From assembly GCA_963782715.1 (NCBI GenBank), contig CAWAKU010000003.1:3259-67258 (forward strand): DNA of 64,000 nucleotides, given 5' to 3'. The notes under the pieces are model-generated. The model was given only the letters and a program-made list of their open reading frames with translations, made no database searches and was not told where the DNA came from. Shown one piece after another: positions 8,600-18,661 of this stretch; the stretch's first letter is position 1; each line of letters starts with the position of its first letter. The DNA comes from an uncultured Chloroflexia bacterium. GTDB taxonomy: Bacteria > Chloroflexota > Limnocylindria > Limnocylindrales > CSP1-4. The position numbers and the translations under genes were made by a program.

Positions 8600-9799
8600 T
8601 CAGGCCGCGGCCACGCCGATGATGGACCCGATGGCGTAGGTCACCAGCGCCGCCGCCAGGCCGATGAGCATCTGTCGCACGCCCGAGAAGATGAGGCCGC
8701 GACCGGTCAGCAGGCTGACCGCCGCCCCGACCGCGAACAGGGCGATCAGGCTGAGGCCGAGACTGACGAACAGGACGGCCTGGCCACCGCCGAACAGGTA
8801 CGGGATGACTGGGATGACCGCGCCGACGGCGAAGGCGACGAACGACCCTGCGGCCGCGCCCCAGGGCGAGCCCAGCTCATCGGGATCGAGACCGAGCTCC
8901 TCGCGCACGAGCATGTCGAGCGCGGCCGCCGGGTCCCGGAAGATGCGGTGAGCGATCGTCGCCGCCTCGTCGGCCGTGAAGCCCTTGGCCCGGTAGGACG
9001 CGGCAAGCTCGGCCTCTTCCTCTTCGGGCATCGCCTCCATCTCGGCTCGCTCGAGGGCGATCTGGCGCTCGAACAGCTCACGCTGGCTCTGCATCGAGAT
9101 GTATTCGCCCGCGGCCATGCTGAACGCCCCGGCCAGCAATCCGGCGATGCCGGCCAGCAGGATGAAGCTCGGGTTGCCTGAAGCCGCCCCGGCGACGCCC
9201 ATGACCAGCGACAGATTGCTGACCAGGCCGTCGCTCACGCCGAAGATGACCGCCCGGAGCGTCCCGGAGCGACCGCCGGCGCGATGCCACGTCTCGCGAC
9301 GGCCGACGTCGGCGGCGCTGGTCGCCCCCTGGGCGATGGCCACCCCGTCACGACCCGGCTGGCTGACCTCGGGGATCTGCTCGCCGGTCTTCAGACGATC
9401 CCAGATGACCGCATGCTCGCGCTCGTCCGCGGCGATGGCGGCCACCTCCGGCGAGACGCCCTGGCCCTCGTACAAGGCCTCCTCGTCACCCTCGAGCGAC
9501 TTCACCAGCTCGGCGACGGCCGACGTCCCGGCCACGCGCGCGGCCAGGATGATGAACCGGACGCGCATCCGCGGCCCGGCGGGCGGCGGCACGTCGGCGC
9601 CCAGCTCGCGCAGCTTCGAGGCCCAGATCTCGGCGTGGCGCCGTTCGTTCCCGGCGATGCGCCGGAACGCGTCCGCCCGGCGCGGGTCCTTCTCGATGGC
9701 CGACAGGGCGTCATACAGGACGATCGCGTCGCGCTCCAGCTTGAGGTTGTCGAGACTCTGCTCGACGTCGATGGGGGGCACCGGGCCATCGTAGGCCAT
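8600..9799 (-). CDS. ferritin-like (rubrerythrin/erythrin) domain fused to a VIT1/CCC1 iron-transporter membrane domain (MbfA-like)
   Basis: 399 aa. The N-terminal half has E-x-x-H di-iron motifs (NERRHAEIW, DEREHAVIW). The C-terminal half is a VIT1-type TM domain (FGVSDGLVSNLSLVMG...). Confidence 0.8.
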   Translation of the reverse strand: MAYDGPVPPIDVEQSLDNLKLERDAIVLYDALSAIEKDPRRADAFRRIAGNERRHAEIWASKLRELGADVPPPAGPRMRVRFIILAARVAGTSAVAELVKSLEGDEEALYEGQGVSPEVAAIAADEREHAVIWDRLKTGEQIPEVSQPGRDGVAIAQGATSAADVGRRETWHRAGGRSGTLRAVIFGVSDGLVSNLSLVMGVAGAASGNPSFILLAGIAGLLAGAFSMAAGEYISMQSQRELFERQIALERAEMEAMPEEEEAELAASYRAKGFTADEAATIAHRIFRDPAAALDMLVREELGLDPDELGSPWGAAAGSFVAFAVGAVIPVIPYLFGGGQAVLFVSLGLSLIALFAVGAAVSLLTGRGLIFSGVRQMLIGLAAALVTYAIGSIIGVAAA

Positions 9800-9822
9800 C
9801 GCCGGCGGGTAGACTCGGGTCG

Positions 9823-10827
9823 ATGTCCGTCCCCGACAGTCGGTCAGTGCGCTATCTCGCGGCCGCGGACGTGCTCGCCGCGATGCCGGATCTCGACGAG
9901 CGCCTCGCCTTGGCCGAGCGGACGATGGTCGCCCTCGTCGCCGATGCCGAGCTGCCGCCGAAGATCGGCGTCCATCCGCGCCCGGTCGGCTCGTTCGCGC
10001 ACGCCATGCCGGCCTACCTGCGTGGCGAGGATCCGTCCGGCGTCGACGACCTGCTCGGCATGAAGTGGGTCGCCGGGTTCGCGACGAACAATGCCGCGGG
10101 CCTGCCCGCGATCAACGCGGCCGTCGTCCTCAACGACGCAGGCACCGGGCTGCCGACGGCGATCCTCGATGGTGGCCCCATCACGGCCCTGCGAACGGCT
10201 GCCGTGTCGGGCGTGGCGATCGCCCATTTCGCCCCGGTCGTGTCGGGCCGGCCGCCGCGCGCGGCGCTGATCGGCGCCGGCACCCAGGGACGGAGCCACC
10301 TGGCCGTCCTTGGCCGCCTCCTGCCGGGCGTCCGGTTGAGCGTGTTCGACCGCCATCCCGACCGTGCCGCCGCGCTCGCTGCCGAGGCCGAGGCGACTGA
10401 GGGCATCGCCGCCGCGACGGCCGCGCCCGACGCACATTCCGCGGTCCAGGCCGCCGACGTCGTCGTCACCGCTGCGTCGTTCGGGCCGGTGCGCCAGGTG
10501 ATGACCACGGAGTGGCTGGCCGGCGACGCGCTGGTGGTGGCCGTGGACTACGCCACGTACTGCGCCGCCGATGTCGCCCGCGATGCCGCGCTGTTCCTGG
10601 TGGATGACCGCGGCCAGTTCCTCGCGAACCGCGACGCGGGTGCGTTCGAGGACTATCCGGACCCGACCGCGATGCTCGGCGAGGCGCTCCTGGCGCGCAC
10701 GTCGCGCCCGGCCGAGGGACGCGTCGTGGTGAGCCACCTTGGCGTCGGACTGGCCGACGTGGTGTTCGCCGCCGCGATCGTCCGGCGCGCCGAGGCGCTC
10801 GGGCTGGGGACGCTGCTGCCGACCTGA
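9823..10827 (+). CDS. ornithine cyclodeaminase / mu-crystallin family protein
   Basis: 334 aa with a Rossmann GAGTQG motif and family-typical N-terminal and C-terminal blocks. Confidence 0.8.
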   Translation: MSVPDSRSVRYLAAADVLAAMPDLDERLALAERTMVALVADAELPPKIGVHPRPVGSFAHAMPAYLRGEDPSGVDDLLGMKWVAGFATNNAAGLPAINAAVVLNDAGTGLPTAILDGGPITALRTAAVSGVAIAHFAPVVSGRPPRAALIGAGTQGRSHLAVLGRLLPGVRLSVFDRHPDRAAALAAEAEATEGIAAATAAPDAHSAVQAADVVVTAASFGPVRQVMTTEWLAGDALVVAVDYATYCAADVARDAALFLVDDRGQFLANRDAGAFEDYPDPTAMLGEALLARTSRPAEGRVVVSHLGVGLADVVFAAAIVRRAEALGLGTLLPT

Positions 10828-10834
10828 CCGGGTG

Positions 10835-11386
10835 TCAGGCGCCCCGGCCACGCTCCTGGTGGAGGCGCGTCGCGAATGGCGAGCGCACGGGGACATCCGG
10901 GAACAGGGTGGCGGTCTCGGTCGTGGGCGAGATCCAGTCGACCAGCAGCCGGTTGACGATGATGGTCGACACGTCGCGGGCGACGATCGCGCCGGCGACC
11001 TCGTAGGCGATCGTCGCGTTCGTGAACGGGATCATCGCGTCGCGGGTCAGAACGCTGGCCATCGCGTCGGCCCCGGGCTTGGTATGCAGCCGCCCAAGGA
11101 TCAGGTACGGCCCGACGCAGATCTGGAGCCGGGCCGTCTGGAGCGAGACGCGCTGCTTCTCCGAGCCGCGCGGCCCGGTGGCCATCACGGCGAGTAGGTC
11201 GTTCCGCTCGACCGAGATGCTGTCCACCTCCACCCGGTGGCCGTCGGTCAGGCTCTCGCATTCGACGTGATGGACGCGGTAGCGCTCCTGACCGTTCAGG
11301 AAGTCGGTCAGGCGCTCGCCGAACATCGTGATCTTGCCAGAGATCGTGCAGTCGGCCGCGAAGCCCTGGAACTCGACGGGTTGCAT
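10835..11386 (-). CDS. hypothetical protein
   Basis: 183-aa ORF with normal amino-acid composition, lying just downstream of the Rieske gene on the same strand. I recognise no family. Confidence 0.55.
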   Translation of the reverse strand: MQPVEFQGFAADCTISGKITMFGERLTDFLNGQERYRVHHVECESLTDGHRVEVDSISVERNDLLAVMATGPRGSEKQRVSLQTARLQICVGPYLILGRLHTKPGADAMASVLTRDAMIPFTNATIAYEVAGAIVARDVSTIIVNRLLVDWISPTTETATLFPDVPVRSPFATRLHQERGRGA

Positions 11387-11453
11387 GGCCCGGTCACGCT
11401 AGCGCCGGTGGGACGCGTCTCGATACCGGACATTGGTACCGGTGGTCCCTGTG

Positions 11454-11789
11454 TCAGTCGTTGACCTCGAGCGGCCCATCCGGAACCTCGATGAGGATCC
11501 GGTCGCCGTCGATGATGACGTGGTAGACCGCCAATGGGATGTCGGCCGGTGGGTCGAGGGGCTCGCCGGTCTCGACATCGAATCGCGACAGGTGGAGCGC
11601 GCAGGTGAGCGTGCCGGCCGTCAGGAAGCCCTTGTCGAGCTCGAAGTACTCGTGGCTGCAGATCCCCTGCACGGCCGTCAGGTCGCCGTTCGAGTTGATG
11701 ACCAGGACCTGGTCCGTCCCGTCCACCCAGGCCATCTTCATCGTGCCCGGGGGGACCTCGTCGACGCCGAGGAGGTCGATGCGTCTCAC
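11454..11789 (-). CDS. Rieske-type [2Fe-2S] ferredoxin-like protein (suf-associated)
   Basis: The GTG at 11789 overlaps the sufD stop (GTGA). The 111-aa product has CSHE...CALH Rieske ligand motifs. Confidence 0.8.
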   Translation of the reverse strand: MRRIDLLGVDEVPPGTMKMAWVDGTDQVLVINSNGDLTAVQGICSHEYFELDKGFLTAGTLTCALHLSRFDVETGEPLDPPADIPLAVYHVIIDGDRILIEVPDGPLEVND

Positions 11790-13163
11790 GCCGCGGTGAC
11801 GCTGCCCGTGCCGCTGCCCACCTGCCACTTGTCCTCGAGCAGGGCGCGCAGCCGGTCCTGTGCGTCCGCCACCGGCACGCGCGCGACGACCGGCTCGAGG
11901 AAGCCCATGACGATGAACTTGCGCGCCTCGTCGGGCGGGATGCCGCGGCTCTCGAGGTAGAACAGCTGGGTCTCGTCGATCGGACCGACCGAGCTGGCGT
12001 GGGCGGCGCGCCGGCAATCGGGCTGGTCGATCTCGAGACTCGGGATGGCGACCGACCGGGTGGACTTCGACAGGTTCATCCCGAACTCGCCGAGGAAGCT
12101 GTCGGTCCCGATCGCCGAGCGGTCGATGACGATCATGCCCTTCATGTACGAGCGGGCCTTGTCCATCAGGGCGCCCTTGGACAGCAGGTTGCCGGTCGTG
12201 TCGCGACCGAGGTGGTGCGTGTACGACGTCAGGTCGAACACCTGGTCCGCCCCGCCGAAGACGATCTCGACCTGCTCGACCGAGCTGCGATCGCCCTCGA
12301 GGCGATTGTCCACGCGGCTGCGAACGAGACGCGAGCCGAGCTGCGCGAGCGCCCAGTGGAGGGTCGCGCCCTCGCCGATCAGCGGCGTTGCGATGCTGGA
12401 AGGCGACGACCGAGGTCGGCAGCTCCTGGAGGCTCGACACGGCGAGCTTGGCGCCCGCGCCGAGGGTCACCTCCATCGTACCGGTGAACAGGCTCGGTCG
12501 GCCGTCGACCTCCTGGCCCGACGGGACGAGCTCCTCGAGGATGGTCGCCTCGGCCCCGTCGCCGAGCTCGACGATGGTGCGGGTGATGAGCGCCCGGTCC
12601 GGGGCCCCGACGGACCACCGGATGACGATCGGCTGGGCGACCGTGACGCCGGCCGGGATGCGCACGACGACGCCGTGGTTCCAGCCCGCGCGGGTCAGCT
12701 GGGCGAGGCGGTCGTCCTCCGGAAGTGACCCGGCGCCCCCCACGAGGGCCTCGGCCGCCTCGTGGCTGACGAAACCACCGAGGGTCTCGAGGGTGACCCC
12801 GGCTGCGCTGACCGCAGGGTCGAGCGCGAGCGTCTCGACGTGATCGTCGGCGAATGCGGCGAGGCCCGCGGTCCCCGCATCCGGTTCGGACGCATCACGT
12901 GGCACGAGTCCTTCATCGCGCGACCGCGACCACGGGACGACGTCGTCGAGGACAGCGGTCCGCAGGTCGACATACGTCGTGTACAGCTGATTCGTCTCGA
13001 TCGGCAGCGCCTCGAACCGTTCGAATGCGGCCCGGCGGTCGGCGCTCAGCCAGGCCGGCTCGCCGTCGGTCAGCTGGTCGATGCGCGCCGCATCGAGGGC
13101 GAAGGTGAGCTCGGTGGGAGAGCGCCGATTCGGTCGGATCCGTGACGCCGTGGCGTCGGTCAT
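11786..13163 (-). pseudogene. sufD: Fe-S cluster assembly protein SufD, interrupted by a +1 frame change near 12380-12385
   Basis: The N-terminal part (MTDATASRIR...VVAFQHRNA) lies in the frame of ORF 11454..14564. The C-terminal part (IGEGATLHWALAQLGSRLVRSRVDNRLEGD...) lies in the frame of ORF 11786..12313. The span is 1378 nt (3n+1). The ATG overlaps the sufB stop (ATGA). Confidence 0.85.
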
Positions 13164-14564
13164 CCGAGCGACCCCTCCATCTCGAGCTTGACGAGGCGGT
13201 TGAACTCGATGGCGTACTCCATCGGCAGTTCCTTGGTGAAGACCTCGAGGAAGCCCTGCACGATGAGATTGGTCGCCTCGTTCTCGGTCAGCCCGCGGCT
13301 CATCAGGTAGAAGACCTGGTCCGCGCTGACCTTGCCGACGGTTGCCTCGTGGGTCATCGAGGTGTCGTCTTCCTGGATGTCGATATACGGGTAGGTATCG
13401 CTCCGGCTGATGTCGTCCATCATCAGGGCGTCGCAGCGGACGCTCGCGACCACGTTGGTGGCACCCGGCGACACCTTGAGCTGGCCGCGATAGGTCGCCC
13501 GGCCGCCGTCCTTGGAGACCGACTTCGAGACGATGCGCGAGCGCGTGTTCGGGGCCAGATGGACGGCCTTGGCGCCGGTGTCCTGGTGCTGGCCCTTGCC
13601 GGCGACGGCAACGCTGATGATGTCTGCCGTGGCGCCTTCGCCGCGCAGGTAGATGGCCGGGAACTTGACCGTCTTGCGCGAGCCGGTGTTGGCGTCGATC
13701 CACTCGACCGTGGAGTTCTCGTACGCGTGGGCACGCTTGGTCACGAGGTTGTAGACGTCGTTCGACCAGTTCTGGATGGTCGTGTAGCGGACCTTCGAAC
13801 CCGGCAGCGCGACGACCTCGACGACGGCCACGTGGAGCGATTCGGTGGCGTAGATCGGCGCCGTGCAGCCCTCGATGTAGTGGACCTTGGCGCCCTCGTC
13901 GACGACGATCAGGGTCCGCTCGAACTGGCCGGTGTTCTCGCCGTTGATCCGGAAATAGGCCTGCAGCGGCAGCGGGACCTCGACGCCCTTCGGGCACGTA
14001 GACGAACGAACCGCCCGACCAGACCGCCGCGTTGAGCGCGGAGAACTTGTTGTCCTCGGCCGGGACGACCGTCCCGAAGTGCTTGCGGAAGATCTCCGGG
14101 TACTCGATGAGCGCCTGGTCCGTGCCCATGAACACGACGCCGAGCTTGGACAGCTCCTCCTTGACCGAGTGGTAGACCACTTCCGAGTCGTACTGGGCGC
14201 CGACGCCGGCCAGGAACTTGCGCTCCGCCTCGGGGATGCCGAGCCGCTCGAAGGTCGCCTTGATCTGGTCGGGGACGTCGTCCCACGACTTCTCTTCGCG
14301 CTCGGACGGCTTGCGGTAGTAGACGATGTTGTCGAAGTTGATCCGGTCGAGGCCGTCGGTCCACGTCGGGAGCGGACGCTTGAGGAAGTGCTCGTAGGCA
14401 CGCAGCCGGTACTGGAGCATCCAGTCGGGCTCGTTCTTGAAGCCGCTGATCTCCTCGACCGTGGCGCGCGTCAAGCCGCGTTTCGTCTCGGCGAGGTACG
14501 CGATATCGTCGTGGAAGGCGAACTGATCTCGCTGGTCGGTGACGATCTCGCGGGCTGCGGTCAT
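13160..14564 (-). pseudogene. sufB: Fe-S cluster assembly protein SufB, interrupted by a +1 frame change near 13991
   Basis: The N-terminal part (...NAAVWSGGSFVYVP) is in one frame and the C-terminal part (KGVEVPLPLQAYFRINGENTGQFERTLIV...) is in the frame of ORF 13160..14401. Removing one base from gtgcccgaagggc restores VPKGVEVPL. The span is 1405 nt (3n+1). Confidence 0.9.
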
Positions 14565-14630
14565 CGGGTCTCCGGTCGTCGCTGGTGGCGGCGCTCGCGC
14601 GTCGCGGGTTGGCCTGCTCAGCCTCGTGTC

Positions 14631-14657
14631 TAATTCCGAGTCAGATTATCGGGATTA
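14631..14657. promoter_or_regulatory. AT-rich inverted repeat TAATTCCGA-N9-TCGGGATTA in the sufB / DUF1622 divergent intergenic region (candidate operator)
   Basis: The arms match at 8 of 9 positions. This is the only AT-rich patch in the 133-bp divergent promoter region. Confidence 0.3.
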
Positions 14658-14697
14658 ACGGGCGAAGCGTCAACGCGGGCCGCCGCAGGGCGCTCGA

Positions 14698-15093
14698 GTG
14701 TGCGACGATCGAGCCGTGGAATTCGAGAATGTCCTCGATGCGACGGTCCGGCTGTTCGAGGTCGCCGGGGTCGCGATCCTCGTCGTCGGCGGAGCCATCA
14801 GCCTCACGGTCTATGCGCGCGACCTCTCGCACGGCCAACGGCGGTCCGCCTATACGGCGTTGCGCCACAATCTGGGCAGGTCGATCCTGCTCGGTCTCGA
14901 GGTCCTGATCGTCGCCGACATCATCCTGACGGTCGCTATCGACCAGACCCTGGAGAGCGCGGCGACCCTCGGGTTGATCGTTCTCGTCAGGACGTTCCTG
15001 AGCTTCTCGCTCGACATCGAGATGGATGGCGTGCCGCCGTGGCGGAGGCTCGCCGCAGAGAAGTCCGGGGACATCCCGCCAGCGACAGACTGA
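14698..15093 (+). CDS. DUF1622-type small membrane protein
   Basis: 131 aa with the two-TM pattern and the RSILLGLEVLIVADIILTV block typical of that family as I remember it. The start is uncertain: GTG at 14698 or GTG at 14716. Confidence 0.6.
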   Translation: MCDDRAVEFENVLDATVRLFEVAGVAILVVGGAISLTVYARDLSHGQRRSAYTALRHNLGRSILLGLEVLIVADIILTVAIDQTLESAATLGLIVLVRTFLSFSLDIEMDGVPPWRRLAAEKSGDIPPATD

Positions 15094-15111
15094 GCAGGCG
15101 CCGGGAATCGA

Positions 15112-15142
15112 CGAGCCCGGACCATTGATGGGCCCGGGCTCG
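15112..15142. terminator. hairpin between convergent genes (9-bp perfect stem CGAGCCCGG/CCGGGCTCG, 13-nt loop)
   Basis: The inverted repeat is read directly. A second small hairpin, GGGCGC-gtg-GCGCCC, lies at 15154-15168. There is no clear U-tract. Confidence 0.35.
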
Positions 15143-15177
15143 AGTGCGACATCGGGCGCGTGGCGCCCGGGGAGTGG

Positions 15178-15807
15178 TTAGCTGGCGGACGGCGTCGTGG
15201 CCTCGACGGTCGCGGCGGCTTCCTTGACGGCCGCAGCGGTCTCGTCGTCGACGGCCACCACCTTGACCTCCTGGGCGCTGGCGGCCTTGGCCTCGACGGC
15301 CGGTGCGTCCTCGGCGGTCACCAGGGCCAGGATGCCGGACGTGCCGGGCAGGATGACGTCGGCAAGTTCCTTCTCGACGTCGAGCCGATGGGCGAGGTTG
15401 CGGGCCTTGCCGGCCGCCGCGCCGGCGACGCCCAGGGTGACCGCACCGGCAAGCAGGGTCGCCGGCAGGAAGACCGCCGCGACGACGCCGCCGACGATGC
15501 CCCACTTGAGCCCGGTCCGGGTGCTGTGGTCGGTCATCTTCTCGACATGGAGCTTGCCGTTGTCGTCGGCCTTGACGACCAGGACGCTGTCGATGTGGAG
15601 CGAGCCGTCGATCTCGGCCGCCAGAAGGTCGTCATAGACGGCCCGGGCAGAGGTCGTGTCGGCGAACCGGGCGACGACCAGGGCGTGGTCGCCCTGGATC
15701 GCGACGGCTCCCTCGGCAACGACGCCGTACTCGTCGGAAACAGACCCGCCGACGACGACGACGTCGTCGTTCGCGGCGGCGGGCGTGGACTGGGTCTCGT
15801 CGGACAT
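15178..15807 (-). CDS. DUF1269-type membrane protein (glycine-zipper)
   Basis: 209 aa. The N-terminal soluble domain (ALVVARFADTTSARAVYDDL...VLVVKADDNGKLHV) is followed by a Gly-zipper TM region (GIVGGVVAAVFLPATLLAGAVTLGVAGAAAG). A GGAGGA Shine-Dalgarno sequence precedes the ATG. Confidence 0.7.
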   Translation of the reverse strand: MSDETQSTPAAANDDVVVVGGSVSDEYGVVAEGAVAIQGDHALVVARFADTTSARAVYDDLLAAEIDGSLHIDSVLVVKADDNGKLHVEKMTDHSTRTGLKWGIVGGVVAAVFLPATLLAGAVTLGVAGAAAGKARNLAHRLDVEKELADVILPGTSGILALVTAEDAPAVEAKAASAQEVKVVAVDDETAAAVKEAAATVEATTPSAS

Positions 15808-16043
15808 GTCACATCCTCCTGTCCTGCCTCAGCTGGCAGGCTTCCCCGTGTTCGCGCGACATCGATCGGTCGAGCCATCGGGGCTCAGGGCGGCGATCGA
15901 GCGGCAGCGGACGACCATCCTAGCGCGCGGCGGAACGCCCTGCCGACTCCCCGCGTTGCGGCTGGTCGCGCGGCCTATGCTGTCCCCGACACCGACCGAC
16001 GATGACCGATGACCGGCGCTGCACCGATGGAGGGCGACCAACG

Positions 16044-18192
16044 ATGAGCCTGCGGGACTTCTACGCGACGCAGATCCGCGTCCTTTGGGAGTGGCGCGGC
16101 GGTCCGGTCGCGTTGCTCAAGCGGCTCATCCTGACACTGGTCGTCGCGACCCTCTCGTTCATCGCGACCGCATGGGTGATGCCCGGGCTGACCGTCGACC
16201 GGGCGATCGATGCCGCGCTCGCCGTCATCTTCATCGCGCTGTTCAACGCGGCCATCCGGCCGGTGGCGCTCGCGTTTGCCGCGCGCGTTTCGCTCGTGCT
16301 GGTCGGTGTCCTGGTCCTGGTCATCCAGATCGTCACCTTCATCGTCGTCGCGCAGTGGGCGCCGGGCGTCCATGTCAATGGTTTTGGAACAGCCCTCGTC
16401 GCGTCATTCGTGTACGCCATCATCAACACGATCCTGACGGCGATCCTGGGCGTCGACAGCGGCGGATCCTATTACGGCCTGCTCGTCCAGCGACTCCTCG
16501 TCAAGCGCTCGACGGGACAGACCGACAAGCCGGGCCTGGTGATCATCCAGATCGACGGGCTGGCCCATCCGATCCTGGCCGGCCGGATGCGCGCGGGTTC
16601 CGTCAACACGATGGCCGGCCTGGTGCGCGACGGCACTCACAAGCTGTCGCACTGGGAGGCGATCCTGCCCTCGATGACATCGGCCAGCCAGGCCGGCATC
16701 CTGCACGGCAACAATGACGGTATCCCCGCCTTCCGCTGGTACGAACGCGACCGCGAACACCTGATGGCTTCCAGCAACCCGGCTGACGCCGAGCTCATCT
16801 GGTCGCGGATCACCAACGGCGAGGGCCTGCTGTCCAACAACGGCGCCAGCATCTGCAACCTCATGACGGGCGACGCGACGCGCTCGTACCTGACGACGGC
16901 GGCGATCAAGGCCGAGGGCGGCGGCATCGGCGATAGCCAATCGTTCATGTCGTTCTTCTTCAGTCCGACCGGCTACCTCCGCTCGTTCACGCTGTTCCTC
17001 GGCGAGTTCGCCAAGGAACGGATCCAGGCGCGCCGAACGAAGCGATCCGGGATCCGGCCACAGATGCACCGCGGGCTCAAGTACGCCGGCATGCGTGCGG
17101 CCAGCAACGTCCTCCTGCGCGACGTCAACACGTCGCTGATCATCGAGGAGATGTATCGCGGCACCAACGTCATCTACGCCGACTTCACCGACTACGACGA
17201 GTTGGCTCACCACTGCGGCCCTGAGCGGGTCGAATCGTTCGAGGCCCTCGACGGGGTGGACGCCGCCATCGCGACGCTGCTCAAGGCCACCGACGAGGCC
17301 CCGCGCCCGTATAAATTCATCATCCTGTCCGACCACGGCCAGAGCCTCGGCGAGACGTTCCTGCAGCGCTACGGCGTGAGTCTCGGGGAGTTCGTCCGCA
17401 GCCAGATGAGCGGTCGCGCGACGATCATCCAGAGCAAGACCAAGGCCGAGGGCTCGGTCTTCGTCAACGCCTTCCTGTCGGAGATCACCCAGAGCAAGGG
17501 TGTCGGGCCGACCGTCGCCCGCGCCGCACTGGCCAGCAAGACGACCGATGGGGTGGTCGACCTCGACGCCTCCGAGAACGAGCCGGCCGTCGCCGACGCC
17601 TCCTCGATCGCGGTGGTCGGCTCGGGCAACCTCGGGCTCGTCTGGTTCACCGGTCACGACCATCGACTTGACCGTCGAGGAGCTGGAGGAGCTCCACCCC
17701 GGCCTCGTCGCCGCGGTCGCGGCGCATCCGGGCGTCGGCCTGATGCTCGTCCGTTCCAAGCAGTTCGGCGCGGTCGTCTTCGGACCGAACGGCACGCGCT
17801 TCCTCGACGAGGACCGGGTCGAGGGTGAGGACCCGACGACGCTGTTCGGGCCGCACACGATCATGAGCCTCAAGCGCGAGGACGCGATGGTCCACGCACC
17901 CGACCTGCTGCTCCTCAGCCAGTACGACCCGGAGCTCGGTGAGGTGGCCGCGTTCGAGGAGCTGATCGGGTCGCATGGCGGCCTCGGTGGCGTGCAGACC
18001 GAGCCGTTCATCCTCCACCCGGTCGAGTGGACGCTCGACGAGGAAGTCCCGCTCGGCGCGCCGGCCATCTACCGCAACATCCGGCGCTGGCTCAGCTCGA
18101 TCGGCATCGAGCTCGGCAAGCAGCCGGCTGCAGAAGCGACACCCGTCGCCGCGAACGTCGCTCCGGTCGAGCCGGCACCGACGGCGGGCTAG
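16044..18192 (+). pseudogene. membrane-anchored alkaline-phosphatase/nucleotide-pyrophosphatase superfamily protein with holin-IV-like N-terminal TM domain, +1 frame change near 17668-17671
   Basis: ORF 16002..17828 reads ...GSGNLGLVWFTGHDHRL and continues as TVEELEELHPGLVAAVAAHPGVG... in the frame of ORF 17500..18192. The span is 2149 nt (3n+1). Confidence 0.8.
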
Positions 18193-18194
18193 CC

Positions 18195-18647
18195 GTGGCC
18201 AAGATCCACTACGAGGCCGACGGCCCGGTCTCCGCGGATCGGTTCGTCGCCGCGCTGACCGACTTCGGTCCGAGACGGCCGGAGCTGTGGCCCGGCCTCG
18301 ACGCCGAGTATTACGAGCTCCACGAGCTCGGCGACAGGTGGGCCGACGTGACCGAGGGGACCGACATCTTCGGCGGCGTCTGGGCACGCGAGCGCTACGA
18401 CTGGGCCGAGCCCGGCATCGTCCGCCTGGTCCTGCAGGAAGCGATCGACTTCAAGCCCGGGACCGTCACGGTCTATCGTGTCACGCCCGGACCCGACGGC
18501 GGCTGTCACGTCGCGGTCGACTTCCAGCGGACGGCGACGAGCCTGCGCGGCCGGCTGGTCGGCGTCCTCGTCTCGCTGGCCGGCCGCCGCCGATTCACGG
18601 CAGAGCTCCGCGAGGCGCTCGAGCGCCTGGGTCGTCTTCCGCCCTGA
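18195..18647 (+). CDS. SRPBCC (polyketide cyclase/START-like) superfamily protein
   Basis: The GTG at 18195 is in frame with ORF 18027..18647. The 150-aa product begins VAKIHYEADGPVSADRFVAALTDF..., which is family-like. Confidence 0.6.
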   Translation: MAKIHYEADGPVSADRFVAALTDFGPRRPELWPGLDAEYYELHELGDRWADVTEGTDIFGGVWARERYDWAEPGIVRLVLQEAIDFKPGTVTVYRVTPGPDGGCHVAVDFQRTATSLRGRLVGVLVSLAGRRRFTAELREALERLGRLPP

Positions 18648-18661
18648 GGCGAGTGGGCGGC

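Noticed and set aside
11454-14564. A 1036-aa ORF that could be read as one giant protein.
   Set aside because: It is a composite. It strings together the sufB N-terminus, out-of-frame Arg-rich read-through, the sufD N-terminus, more read-through and the Rieske protein. The true genes are recovered once the two single-base frame changes are allowed.
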